43,535 nucleotides of DNA from positions 4,062 through 47,596 of the forward strand of contig CAZJED010000003.1 of NCBI GenBank assembly GCA_964544965.1. The letters are read 5' to 3'. How positions within the stretch are numbered: position 1 is the stretch's first letter; each line of letters starts with the position of its first letter. Below are positions 22,831 to 33,898 of this stretch, one piece after another. The DNA comes from an uncultured Enterobacteriaceae bacterium (lineage in GTDB: Bacteria > Pseudomonadota > Gammaproteobacteria > Eutrophobiales > Eutrophobiaceae). Made by a program: the position numbers and the translations under genes. The notes under the pieces were generated by a model. It was not told the DNA's origin, searched no databases, and saw only the letters and a list, made by a program, of their open reading frames with translations.

Positions 22831-24708
22831 ATGAAACATACGGTTAGAAGCAGCGTAATTTCAGGAACTGGCCTTTTACTTGCAGTATGTTTGTTCATTG
22901 CCACTATAGTTCTTGCAAACACTGCGCTTACAACTTGGCGTATAGATTTAACACAAAATAAATTATTCACGCTTTCAAAAGGAACAATAAATATCCTTAA
23001 TAACTTAGAAGAACCTGTTCAACTTGATTTTTATTTTTCTCAAAAAGCGATGAATGATTTTCCATTACTAGCTAACTATGGAATTCGCGTAAGAGATATG
23101 CTGGAAGAACTAGCAACTCACGCCCATGGCAAATTAATACTGAATATCATTGAACCAGAAACATTTTCAGAGGCTGAAGACCAAGCTGTAGCAAGCGGCT
23201 TAAGAACTGTCTCAGTTAGCGCTAATAGTGATAGAGTTTATTTTGGATTGGTTGGTACAAATTCAACTGATGATGAAAAAGTTATTCCTTTCTTCCAAAC
23301 GAATCGTGAATCTGCGCTTGAATATGACTTAACTAAATTAATTTATAACCTTGCCTATCCTGATAAACGTATTGTTGGTGTTTATTCACAACTACCTATC
23401 ATTGGTAAAAAAGGCGACCAGACTGCGCCAACTTGGACCATTATTAATGCACTTAAAGAATTTTTTGAAATTATAAATCTTAATGAAAATATTGATGCGC
23501 TTAATCAAAAAATCGATGTATTAATGTTAGTGCATCCAAAAAAATTAAATACAGAAACTTTGTATGCAATTGACCAATATTTATTAAAAGGTGGTAAAGC
23601 TATTATTTTTCTTGACCCGCTCGCGGAACAAGATCGGACGCAACCCGATGCAGCTAGCCCAAATGTTATGCCTATACTTTATTCCTATTTAGATGAAATA
23701 CTTGAAAAATGGGGACTTAAAATAAGTAAGGGAAAAATCGCCGTCGATATTAATGCTGCCATGCGAGTGCAAGCAAGTGGTCCACGAGGTCCTCAAGAAA
23801 TTGATTACCTCCCTTGGCTAAGACTTACGGAAAAAAACTTTAATTCTGAAGATTTTTCAACTAGCGAATTGAATGTATTACATATGGGCACTGTTGGAGC
23901 TATTGAAAATATTGAAGGTGAAGAAATAAAGGTCGAAGTAACCCCTCTAATTCAAACTTCAAAACAATCAACAAAATTAGAGCGTGACTTAATACTTTTC
24001 CAGCGTGACCCCAGCGTTATTTTAAACAATTTTAAATCGGACGAAAAAAATCTTCTTATTGCTGCACGCATAAAAGGAAAGGTGCAAACGGTATTCCCAG
24101 ATGGGTTGCCCGTTGACGAAAATAAAGAGCAATTGATGGATGATGATTTCATTAATGAAGGAAACATAAACGTTATTTTAGTATCTGATACAGATATCCT
24201 CGCAGATCATTTTTGGATTCGTAAACAAGATATGCTTGGTGTTTCTGTTCCACAACCAATTTCAAATAATGGTGATTTTGTAATAAATAGTATTGAGAAT
24301 CTTTCTGGTAGTACTGATTTAATAAGTTTACGTGGTCGTGGGAAATACTCACGTCCATTCGTAAGAGTTGAGGCTATACGTAAACAGGCAGAATCAGAAT
24401 TTCGTGAACGTGAAAAAGAATTACAAGTAGCGCTTCAAGAGACAGAAAATGAAATACGAAAACTTCAACAAGAGCAAGGTAATGAAAAATCATATTTACT
24501 TAATAATAAATTAACTGCTGAAATTGAAAAATTTAGAAATGAGCGTTTGGCAACAAGAAAAGAATTACGTAGTGTCCAGCACGACCTAAGAAAAAATATA
24601 GAAAAACTTGGATCGCAACTACGATTTATTAATATTGGTCTAATTCCACTGTTAATAACACTATTAGCATTAATAATTGGCATCTATCGAGCTAACAAAC
24701 GCATATAA
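22831..24708 (+). CDS. GldG-like ABC-transporter auxiliary protein
   Basis: 625 aa with TM anchors at both ends and a large extracytoplasmic body. The N-terminal LFTLSKGT...PVQLDFYFS region is typical of GldG-family proteins. A charged helical stretch precedes the C-terminal anchor. It starts 3 nt after the permease stop. Confidence 0.75.
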   Translation: MKHTVRSSVISGTGLLLAVCLFIATIVLANTALTTWRIDLTQNKLFTLSKGTINILNNLEEPVQLDFYFSQKAMNDFPLLANYGIRVRDMLEELATHAHGKLILNIIEPETFSEAEDQAVASGLRTVSVSANSDRVYFGLVGTNSTDDEKVIPFFQTNRESALEYDLTKLIYNLAYPDKRIVGVYSQLPIIGKKGDQTAPTWTIINALKEFFEIINLNENIDALNQKIDVLMLVHPKKLNTETLYAIDQYLLKGGKAIIFLDPLAEQDRTQPDAASPNVMPILYSYLDEILEKWGLKISKGKIAVDINAAMRVQASGPRGPQEIDYLPWLRLTEKNFNSEDFSTSELNVLHMGTVGAIENIEGEEIKVEVTPLIQTSKQSTKLERDLILFQRDPSVILNNFKSDEKNLLIAARIKGKVQTVFPDGLPVDENKEQLMDDDFINEGNINVILVSDTDILADHFWIRKQDMLGVSVPQPISNNGDFVINSIENLSGSTDLISLRGRGKYSRPFVRVEAIRKQAESEFREREKELQVALQETENEIRKLQQEQGNEKSYLLNNKLTAEIEKFRNERLATRKELRSVQHDLRKNIEKLGSQLRFINIGLIPLLITLLALIIGIYRANKRI

Positions 24709-24718
24709 ATTACATCTT

Positions 24719-25804
24719 ATGATTAAAAATAAACTCGTCATTTTATCTTCTATCACGATTACTGTTATTGTTGCTGCAACAATATTTGCGAATTTACGAG
24801 CACCGCAATCACAGAAAGAAAAAACTCCTTTTTTCCCAGAGTTAGCTAAACAAATTGAGTCAGTAAATTACATCTCTATCAAAGGGTATAGCGATTCAAT
24901 TAATCTTACTCGTAAAAATAATATTTGGGGTATTGATGAATTTGATGGGTATCCTGCGTTAGCAGATAAAATTAAAAGTACTGTGCTCGGAGCTGCCGAT
25001 CTTAAAATTAATGCACCAAAAACAACTCTGCCTAGATTATATCATCGCCTTGGTGTTGAAGGCCCGGATGCTGAAGACGCAAATTCATTATTACTTTCTT
25101 TATATGACTCTAATAAAAATAAGATTATTGAAGTGATTGTTGGTAAATCAAGGCTTAGCAGCTCAGCAAAAAATATTTCTGGCCTTTATGTTAGAAAACC
25201 TGATGATAAAAAATCTTATTTAGTAGATGGAGTCCTTAATATATCTTCAATAAAAACAGATTGGATAAGGCGAAATCTTTTTGATATCCCAGCAGAGTCA
25301 ATAAAATCAGTTAACGTTACTCATTCTGATGGAGATTCATACACCCTATACAAAAATGAAAAAGGCCAAGAAAAATTTGAATTAGAAAACATAACTGTTG
25401 GTCAAGAACTAGCTTCTGAATTAATTATTAATAGATTTGGCACTATACTTCAGGACCTTCAAATAAGTGGAGCCAAATCAAAAGAACTGCTAAAGGAAGA
25501 AAATAAAAGCACAAGTATAAAGGTAACGACTTTTGAGGGTATTGTTGGAAATATTACCGCCTTTAAATACAATGATATTGCTTATGCATCTTTTGTATTT
25601 TCATATGATGATGAGATTGGAAAAAATAATAATGAAGAAGAAATAAAAAATGAAGATATAAAGAGTTATATAACTAGTCTTAATTTAGATGCTGAAAATT
25701 GGTGGTTTGAAATACCTGAATTCAAGTATGACATTATTAAAAGACGACTGAACACAATCACACGAGACATTCAAAGTATTAGCCCTGAAGAATTAACAGA
25801 ATAA
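24719..25804 (+). CDS. N-terminally anchored DUF4340-like protein
   Basis: 361 aa counted from the ATG at 24719 (MIKNKLVILSSITITV...). The track's upstream extension overlaps the gldG-like gene. The assignment rests mainly on size, the single anchor and position after a GldG homologue. Confidence 0.55.
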   Translation: MIKNKLVILSSITITVIVAATIFANLRAPQSQKEKTPFFPELAKQIESVNYISIKGYSDSINLTRKNNIWGIDEFDGYPALADKIKSTVLGAADLKINAPKTTLPRLYHRLGVEGPDAEDANSLLLSLYDSNKNKIIEVIVGKSRLSSSAKNISGLYVRKPDDKKSYLVDGVLNISSIKTDWIRRNLFDIPAESIKSVNVTHSDGDSYTLYKNEKGQEKFELENITVGQELASELIINRFGTILQDLQISGAKSKELLKEENKSTSIKVTTFEGIVGNITAFKYNDIAYASFVFSYDDEIGKNNNEEEIKNEDIKSYITSLNLDAENWWFEIPEFKYDIIKRRLNTITRDIQSISPEELTE

Positions 25805-25941
25805 GTTTCAAGCAATCATCTCCTAGTTCTGGGTTATGTCATATTCGGGGATATCTATATTTTTTCTATTTTAACTTAGGGAAGTTGGATATTATTCTCA
25901 TCCGATGCGGTATAATTTCTGTTAATTAGAGCTACCTAAAA

Positions 25942-26865
25942 ATGACACAAAAGAAAAAACAAAATCTAACTAAAAATTCGGGACTAAGCTTTCAGGAACT
26001 TATCTTTGAACTCCAAAAATACTGGTCTACTCAAGATTGTGTCATTGTTCAACCCTATGATATAGAAATGGGAGCCGGAACATTTCACCCAGCTACATTT
26101 CTCAGAGCTATAGGCCCGGAGCCTTGGCGTACGGCGTATGTACAAGCATCACGAAGACCAACTGATGGGCGTTTTGGCGAGAACCCTAATAGACTGCAAC
26201 ATTACTATCAGTTTCAAGTCATCCTTAAACCATCACCAGACAATATTCAGGAACTCTATTTAGCTTCGCTTGGGGCTATTGGTATTGACACAAAAACACA
26301 TGATATACGCTTTGTTGAAGATAATTGGGAATCTCCGACTCTTGGCGCATGGGGGCTCGGGTGGGAAGTTTGGTTGGATGGAATGGAAATTAGCCAATTT
26401 ACCTATTTCCAACAAGTTGGTGGGCTTGATTGTAGACCAGTTACTGGTGAAATTACTTATGGGCTAGAAAGAATTGCGATGTGCATACAAGATTGTGATG
26501 ATTTATTTGAACTTGCATGGTCAAGAACAAAAGAAAATAAGGTAACTTATGGCGACATCTACCATCAAAATGAAGTTGAAATGTCTCGCTATAATTTCGA
26601 TCTAGCAAATACAGAAGCATTATTTAATTGGTTTGATGTATGCGAAAAAGAATCACAAAAATTAATTAAGGAAGATTTGCCAATCCCTGCATATGAAATG
26701 GTAATGAAAGCATCGCATTCATTTAATTTGCTTGATGCTCGTGGAGCAATTTCAGTAACAGAACGACAACGTTATATTTTACGTGTTAGAGCGCTTGCAA
26801 ATGCGGTAGCTCAGTCCTATTTTGAAAGTCGTGAAAAACTAGGATTCCCTCTAGCGAAAGACTAA
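25942..26865 (+). CDS. glyQ: Glycine--tRNA ligase alpha subunit
   Basis: 307 aa. The [12 protein letters not shown]...[19 protein letters not shown]-type motifs are present (here [19 protein letters not shown]). Confidence 0.97.
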   Translation: MTQKKKQNLTKNSGLSFQELIFELQKYWSTQDCVIVQPYDIEMGAGTFHPATFLRAIGPEPWRTAYVQASRRPTDGRFGENPNRLQHYYQFQVILKPSPDNIQELYLASLGAIGIDTKTHDIRFVEDNWESPTLGAWGLGWEVWLDGMEISQFTYFQQVGGLDCRPVTGEITYGLERIAMCIQDCDDLFELAWSRTKENKVTYGDIYHQNEVEMSRYNFDLANTEALFNWFDVCEKESQKLIKEDLPIPAYEMVMKASHSFNLLDARGAISVTERQRYILRVRALANAVAQSYFESREKLGFPLAKD

Positions 26866-26876
26866 GCAATTTAGAA

Positions 26877-28952
26877 ATGGTTAAAAAACAAGATTTATTA
26901 ATTGAAATTGGTACAGAGGAATTACCGCCGAAGTCTTTAAAAAATCTTGCGATAACTTTCAGTGAGCAAATGAGTCTGGCTCTAAAAAAAGAAGAGCTGG
27001 ATTTCGGTGATATAAATTGGTATGCAACACCACGTAGGCTTTCGCTACTAATCACTGATCTTGATATAAATCAAAAAAATAAAGAACATCAACGTAGAGG
27101 TCCGTCTTTATCTGCGGCATTCGATAAAAATGAAAACCCGACAAAAGCAACAATAGGATTTGCTAAATCCTGTGGTGTTAAAGTCGAAGAACTAAAAAAA
27201 CTCGAAACTGAAAAAGGTATTTGGTTGGTATTTAACACTATTTTAAAAGGGAAAAATACTGATGAACTTATCCCTGATCTAATAGAAAAAATTTTGGTGC
27301 AGTTACCAATTGCAAAACGTATGCGTTGGGGAAATCAAAATGTTGAATTTGTTAGGCCAATTAAGTGGATACTTATTTTATTTGGAAATAAGACTCTCAA
27401 TTGCAAAATTATGGGAATTGAATCTGGAGCATACAGCTACGGGCATCGTTACCATCATCCAGATGTCTTAAAAATAGGAAAACCAAGCGAATACAGTGCT
27501 ACTTTAAAAAATAAAGGGTGTGTTGTCGCTGACTATAATGAACGACTCTCATTAATTAAATCTCAAATTGCCTCAATTGCAAAAGATAAAAAAGGAAATG
27601 TGATTATTGATCCTGAATTACTTGATGAAGTTACATCTTTAGTCGAATGGCCAATTAGTTTTGTTGGAAGCTTCGATCCAAAATTCCTGGAATTACCAAA
27701 AGAAGTACTCATTGCGGTTATGCAAGATAATCAAAAATATTTTCCTATTGTAAATAACAAAGATGAATTAATGCCATTATTTATTTGTGTATCAAATATT
27801 AAAAGTAAAAACTATGAACTAATAAAAAAAGGGAATGAAAGAGTTATAAGGCCTAGGCTTAGTGATGCTGCTTTTTTCTGGGAATGGGATTTAAAATATG
27901 GTCTAAAAAATCATCGCGAATCACTAAAAAAGGTAATTTATCAAAAAGATCTGGGGACGCTATATGACAAAGCTGAACGTATTGCTAAAACTCTTTCCTC
28001 AATGGCAAAAGAAATAGATATAGATACAAGTTCGGCCAAAAAAGTTGCTGAACTCTGTCTGTGTGATTTGTTAACAAAAATAGTTACAGAATTTCCTAAA
28101 CTGCAAGGAACGATGGGACGCCACTACGCAAAAGCTGATGGTGAAAATGATGATATAGCAATTGCATTAGAAGGGCTTTATCAACCTCGCTTTGCCGGAG
28201 ATAAACTACCAAAAACCTTACTTGGCCAATCTTTATCAATAAGCGAAAAGATTGATAACTTGATAGGTATTTTTTCAATCGGAGAGGCTCCTACTGGAGA
28301 TAAAGATCCTTTTGCTTTACGACGTTCGGCAATAGGAATTTTGCGTATTATTATTGAGTGCGAAATTGATATTGATTTAAAAAATTTACTTTCGATAGCA
28401 GCGTCAAATTTTCCTGATAAGAATCAATCATTAAATTGTATTGATGATGTTTACACGTTCCTAATGGAACGATTACGTTATTACTATCGTGACGAAGGGT
28501 TTAGTACGGATGTATTCGAATCTGTGCTCGTTATTAATACATCTAAACCTCTTGATTTTCACTACCGCATGGTTGCGGTTGCAGAATTTAGAAAACTTAT
28601 TGAAGCCAAAAGTTTGGCGGCTGCAAACAAGAGAACTAGTAACCTCTTAAAAAAATCTGGGGAGATTGATTCTGTAAAAATAAAAGATAATCTTTTAGTA
28701 GAAGAAGCAGAAATTAATTTAGCAAATACACTTAAAAATTATAAAAAAATAATTGCTCCAATGATTAAGAATCGCAATTATAAATCTGCGCTTAGTAAAC
28801 TAGCTGAATTAAGAAAAGTTGTTGATGATTTTTTTGACAATGTGATGGTGTTATGTGATGAACCTGAACTTAAGAAAAATAGACTTACACTATTGAGTAA
28901 TCTAAATTCTCTATTTTTAGAGATTGCAGATATCTCAAAATTACAGGATTAA
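26877..28952 (+). CDS. glyS: Glycine--tRNA ligase beta subunit
   Basis: 691 aa with an N-terminal LLIEIGTEELPPK motif. It directly follows glyQ. Confidence 0.97.
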   Translation: MVKKQDLLIEIGTEELPPKSLKNLAITFSEQMSLALKKEELDFGDINWYATPRRLSLLITDLDINQKNKEHQRRGPSLSAAFDKNENPTKATIGFAKSCGVKVEELKKLETEKGIWLVFNTILKGKNTDELIPDLIEKILVQLPIAKRMRWGNQNVEFVRPIKWILILFGNKTLNCKIMGIESGAYSYGHRYHHPDVLKIGKPSEYSATLKNKGCVVADYNERLSLIKSQIASIAKDKKGNVIIDPELLDEVTSLVEWPISFVGSFDPKFLELPKEVLIAVMQDNQKYFPIVNNKDELMPLFICVSNIKSKNYELIKKGNERVIRPRLSDAAFFWEWDLKYGLKNHRESLKKVIYQKDLGTLYDKAERIAKTLSSMAKEIDIDTSSAKKVAELCLCDLLTKIVTEFPKLQGTMGRHYAKADGENDDIAIALEGLYQPRFAGDKLPKTLLGQSLSISEKIDNLIGIFSIGEAPTGDKDPFALRRSAIGILRIIIECEIDIDLKNLLSIAASNFPDKNQSLNCIDDVYTFLMERLRYYYRDEGFSTDVFESVLVINTSKPLDFHYRMVAVAEFRKLIEAKSLAAANKRTSNLLKKSGEIDSVKIKDNLLVEEAEINLANTLKNYKKIIAPMIKNRNYKSALSKLAELRKVVDDFFDNVMVLCDEPELKKNRLTLLSNLNSLFLEIADISKLQD

Positions 28953-28955
28953 CAA

Positions 28956-29495
28956 ATGAAGCTTATAATTTTAGATCGAGATGGCGTTATTAATGAAGAC
29001 TCTGACGATTATATAAAGTCACCAGACGAATGGATTCCGATTTCTGGTAGTTTAGAATCAATTGGGAAACTTTCTCAAAATGGTTTCAGGGTGATTATTA
29101 TTACCAATCAATCTGGAATTGGGCGGAAAATTTTTTCTATCGAAATGCTTCATGCAGTCCATAAGAAAATGAATGCACATCTTTTACAATTTGGTGGTGT
29201 TATTGATGGAATTTTCTTTTGTCCTTGTAAACCTGAAGAAAATTGTAACTGCAGAAAACCAAAACCGGGGTTGTATAATAATGTATCGGATAGATTGCAA
29301 ATGCCATTGAAAAATGTTTTTTGTGTAGGTGACAAAATTACTGATATCCAAGCGGCAGAAAATGCGGGAGGTAATCCTATACTTGTTCGAACTGGAAAAG
29401 GAAAAGAAGAAATTGATAGTGGATTAATCCCTAAGCACATACCAATTTATGATGATCTTGCATCTTTTGTGGATAAGATAATTACAGAAGGGTAA
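28956..29495 (+). CDS. gmhB: D-glycero-D-manno-heptose 1,7-bisphosphate phosphatase (HAD family)
   Basis: 179 aa with the HAD motif I ILDRDGVIN and a Zn-finger insert CPCKPEENCNCRKP. Confidence 0.85.
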   Translation: MKLIILDRDGVINEDSDDYIKSPDEWIPISGSLESIGKLSQNGFRVIIITNQSGIGRKIFSIEMLHAVHKKMNAHLLQFGGVIDGIFFCPCKPEENCNCRKPKPGLYNNVSDRLQMPLKNVFCVGDKITDIQAAENAGGNPILVRTGKGKEEIDSGLIPKHIPIYDDLASFVDKIITEG

Positions 29496-29497
29496 TA

Positions 29498-30205
29498 ATG
29501 CTAATTTTAAGATCACTGCTCTTTTATATCGGTCAAATAATCAGCACAATATTGATTGCGCCAATTGGTGTAATAGCTTTTCCTTTAAATTTTAAAAAAC
29601 GCTACTACCTCATTACGCGCTGGGCAGTTTTTAATCTCTGGTGGCTGAAAATATGTTGTAACGTTAGATATGAAATAACGGGTATTGATAATGTCCCGGA
29701 AAAACCCTGTATTGTTATGTGCAAGCATCAGTCCGCATTCGAGACACTTGCGTTGCAACAAATATTTATCCCTCAAGTATGGATACTAAAAAAAGAGTTA
29801 CTACAGATTCCAATATATGGTTGGGGATTAGCTTCCATGCAACCCATTGCCATAAATCGAGATTCAGCAATAAAATCGTTTAAACAAATTGCTGACCAAG
29901 GTTATGAACGTTTAAAAAAAGGATACTGGGTGATTATATTCCCAGAAGGTACTCGAGTTGCCCCGAATGAAAAGAAAAAATATCTGCCAGGGGGAGGAAT
30001 GCTCGCTGAAAAATCAGGCTCTCAAGTTGTTCCGGTCGCTCATAATGCTGGACGCCTTTGGCCACGAAATAGCATGATTAAAAAACCTGGATTAATTACA
30101 ATAAAGATTGGACCCGCAATAAAATCTAAAAATAAAAGCGCTAAAGAAATAACTAAAGAAGTAGAAAACTGGATTGAGAGAATAGTCGGGGAGCTACCTA
30201 ATTAA
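29498..30205 (+). CDS. plsC: 1-acyl-sn-glycerol-3-phosphate acyltransferase
   Basis: 235 aa with an N-terminal TM segment. Acyltransferase block I is KHQSAFE (an H-x4-E variant of H-x4-D) and block III is FPEGTR. Confidence 0.8.
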   Translation: MLILRSLLFYIGQIISTILIAPIGVIAFPLNFKKRYYLITRWAVFNLWWLKICCNVRYEITGIDNVPEKPCIVMCKHQSAFETLALQQIFIPQVWILKKELLQIPIYGWGLASMQPIAINRDSAIKSFKQIADQGYERLKKGYWVIIFPEGTRVAPNEKKKYLPGGGMLAEKSGSQVVPVAHNAGRLWPRNSMIKKPGLITIKIGPAIKSKNKSAKEITKEVENWIERIVGELPN

Positions 30206-31216
<1,011 letters not shown>

Positions 31217-31226
31217 AATGAAAAAA

Positions 31227-32630
31227 TTACAAACTAATATTTAATTGTTTTATTTTTCTCGTCAAAGTATTTCTACCCCAACCAAGTAATTTTGCTGCCT
31301 CCTGCCGACGTCCGTGTGTCTTTTTTAATGCCTCTTCAATTAAAATAGTTTCAAATAATGGTGAGGCGTTCTTCAATAACTCAATATCACCGTTTAACAA
31401 ACTAGATTCAACCCACTTTCTGAAATTTGACTCCCATAGATCATTTTCATCACTTGTAACGACATCTTTTTTTAATTCAGGAGGAAGATCATCAATATGA
31501 ATTTCTGTGCCTGATGCCATCACTGTTATCCAACGACAAAAATTCTCAAGCTGCCTAACATTACCAGGCCATGTTAAAGTTAATAAATAATTTTCTGTCT
31601 CTGGTAATAATTTTTTCTTTTCTTCTCCTAATTCTTTTGCTGCTATATTAAGAAAATGTTTTGAAAGCTCACTAATATCAGTTTTTCTTTCTCGTAGTGA
31701 TGGCACATGCACTCTTATCACATTCAGTCGGTGCAATAAATCTTCACGGAATCTGCCTTCCTTTACTAGCTGCTCAAGATTCTGATGTGTGGCAGTAATC
31801 ACACGTACATCTACCTTTATCGGTGTATGGCCACCAACACGATAGAACTCACCTTCCGCAAGAATTCGAAGTAATCTTGTTTGTAGATCTGCAGGCATAT
31901 CACCAATCTCATCAAGAAAAAGAGTACCGCCATTAGCTTGTTCAAAACGACCTTGCCGTAGCGAGGTTGCGCCTGTAAAAGCGCCTTTTTCATGACCAAA
32001 AAGTTCTGATTCAAGTAAGTCCTTTGGAATAGCGGCCGTATTTATAGCAATAAATCGGTTTTTTGACCTAGGACTATGTGCGTGTAACGCAACAGCAACC
32101 AATTCCTTACCTGTGCCTGATTCACCAGTAATTAAAACTGTAAAATTAGAATTTGATAACCGCCCAATTGCCTTGAAAATTTCTTGCATTGCTGGAGCTG
32201 AGCCAATAATTGGAGTGCCTTCCGTTTCGGCTTGAGGGATAGGCGACGAATCATCAGTATGTTTGTGTGTTATGGCTCTTCGAACCAAACTAACAACTTC
32301 ATCTACATCGAACGGTTTAGAGAGATACTCATATGCTCCACCCTGAAATGCTGACACAGCCCTATCAAGATCAGAATATGCAGTCATTATAATTACTGGG
32401 ATATTTGGTGAATGCCGTTTAATTCGATCCAATAATGAAATACCATCCATACCAGGCATACGGATATCAGTAATAATAACATCGGGTTTCTCGTCCTCTA
32501 TCTTTTCAAGTACCTTTTCAGGACGAGAGAAACTTTCAATATCAACATCAGATGATTTCAAAGCCTTCTCTAAAACCCAACGAATGGATTCATCGTCGTC
32601 AACAATCCATACTTTCTTATTATTTTTCAT
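31227..32630 (-). CDS. ntrC: Nitrogen regulation response regulator NtrC (sigma-54 activator)
   Basis: It has a receiver domain ([14 protein letters not shown] in DIRMPGMDG), an AAA+ domain ([14 protein letters not shown]) and a C-terminal HTH. I set the start at the ATG at 32630 ([13 protein letters not shown]), which overlaps the ntrB stop by 11 nt. Confidence 0.9.
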   Translation of the reverse strand: MKNNKKVWIVDDDESIRWVLEKALKSSDVDIESFSRPEKVLEKIEDEKPDVIITDIRMPGMDGISLLDRIKRHSPNIPVIIMTAYSDLDRAVSAFQGGAYEYLSKPFDVDEVVSLVRRAITHKHTDDSSPIPQAETEGTPIIGSAPAMQEIFKAIGRLSNSNFTVLITGESGTGKELVAVALHAHSPRSKNRFIAINTAAIPKDLLESELFGHEKGAFTGATSLRQGRFEQANGGTLFLDEIGDMPADLQTRLLRILAEGEFYRVGGHTPIKVDVRVITATHQNLEQLVKEGRFREDLLHRLNVIRVHVPSLRERKTDISELSKHFLNIAAKELGEEKKKLLPETENYLLTLTWPGNVRQLENFCRWITVMASGTEIHIDDLPPELKKDVVTSDENDLWESNFRKWVESSLLNGDIELLKNASPLFETILIEEALKKTHGRRQEAAKLLGWGRNTLTRKIKQLNISL

Positions 32631-33690
32631 TGCCACACTCAATTGGGAGTAATATTGAGAAGTGAGTACTATTTTCTTTTCTTTCATAATTAATTATCCC
32701 GCCATGTGACTGAATTAACTGTTGGGCAATAGATAAACCAAGCCCGGTTCCTTCGGCATGACCTGTGACCATTGGATAAAATGCGCCAGATTCAATTTCA
32801 GCCGGAATTCCTGGCCCATTATCAATAATATCTAACTGAACAACTAATCGATTTAATTTATTTTGAATTGTCATCTGACGTTGAATACGTGTTCTTAATA
32901 ATATACTCTCATCCTTAATTGTTGCCTGAACTGCATTTCTCAATAAATTTAATACCGCCTGTATAAGTTGTTCTCTGTCTGTATAAATACTCGGAATACT
33001 TGGATCGTAATCTTTTTTAATATTTAAATCTCTAGGGCTCTCAGCACGAATAATCGAAACGACATATTCAACAATTTCATGAATGTTAGTTTCTAATTTT
33101 ACAGGATGCGTGTTAGCCGCCATCATGCGGTCAACAAAATTTCTCAAACGATCTGATTCATTAATTATAATCTTTGTATATTCAAGTAAACCTTTATCGT
33201 CCAATTCCTTTTCCATTAATTGTGCTGCGCCACGTATGCCGCCCAAAGGATTTTTAATTTCATGCGCCATACCTTGTATTGATTCTTTCGCTGCCTTTTG
33301 GACAGTTTGTTGGTTAAATTCTTGCATTACACGAACAAAAGCATCGGCACTAACAAGCTCAACTAGTATCTCCTTTGTTTCATCCTCAATAACGAAAGGA
33401 GTAAATATACAATCTACTTTAATTGAGTTTTGATTAATAAGATCCATTTCAATGCCGCGCTCTATACGTGTACTAGCATATTGAAAAGACTTTTTGATTG
33501 CGTTTGTAAAAAAAGGAGTATTTGGCCATATTTTTTTAGGTGTTTTGCCTAATAGTCGCTTACTGCTAACTGATAATAGACTTTCCCCTGCGCTATTAAT
33601 TGAAACCAAACACAAATTTTCATCAAATAACAAAACAGCGGTTGTTAGATGGTCAAAAATACGAACGGCCCTTTCTTCTGCCTGAGTCAT
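32620..33690 (-). CDS. ntrB: Nitrogen regulation sensor histidine kinase NtrB
   Basis: H-box AHEIKNPLGGIRGAAQL is present, with N/G boxes DNGPGIP and GTGLGLSIA. I chose the ATG at 33690 by alignment of the N-terminus with E. coli NtrB as I recall it. The track ORF extends to a GTG at 33729. Confidence 0.9.
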   Translation of the reverse strand: MTQAEERAVRIFDHLTTAVLLFDENLCLVSINSAGESLLSVSSKRLLGKTPKKIWPNTPFFTNAIKKSFQYASTRIERGIEMDLINQNSIKVDCIFTPFVIEDETKEILVELVSADAFVRVMQEFNQQTVQKAAKESIQGMAHEIKNPLGGIRGAAQLMEKELDDKGLLEYTKIIINESDRLRNFVDRMMAANTHPVKLETNIHEIVEYVVSIIRAESPRDLNIKKDYDPSIPSIYTDREQLIQAVLNLLRNAVQATIKDESILLRTRIQRQMTIQNKLNRLVVQLDIIDNGPGIPAEIESGAFYPMVTGHAEGTGLGLSIAQQLIQSHGGIINYERKENSTHFSILLPIECGNEK

Positions 33691-33826
33691 AGTGTACCTA
33701 TTATTGCACTCTTTTAGTGCATTTATCACTTATAGATCCTCTTTTTTATTTATAATAATAAGGTTTTCTTAGTTATTACAATAAGTTAGTTTTTAAATAA
33801 ATATTTTTTTTTCTTTGTATTAATTA

Positions 33827-33843
33827 ATGCAAGAAGTAGGCCA
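33827..33843 (-). promoter_or_regulatory. Sigma-54-type -24/-12 promoter TGGCCT-N5-TTGCAT upstream of ntrB
   Basis: The minus strand reads TGGCCTACTTCTTGCAT. The GG and GC dinucleotides have the canonical 10-nt separation. It lies in the DUF4124-ntrB spacer and faces ntrB. Confidence 0.4.
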
Positions 33844-33898
33844 TCAGCCTTAAAAATGGGCAAACTAAGAGAAATATTAAAATTGACCTAATTAGTAG

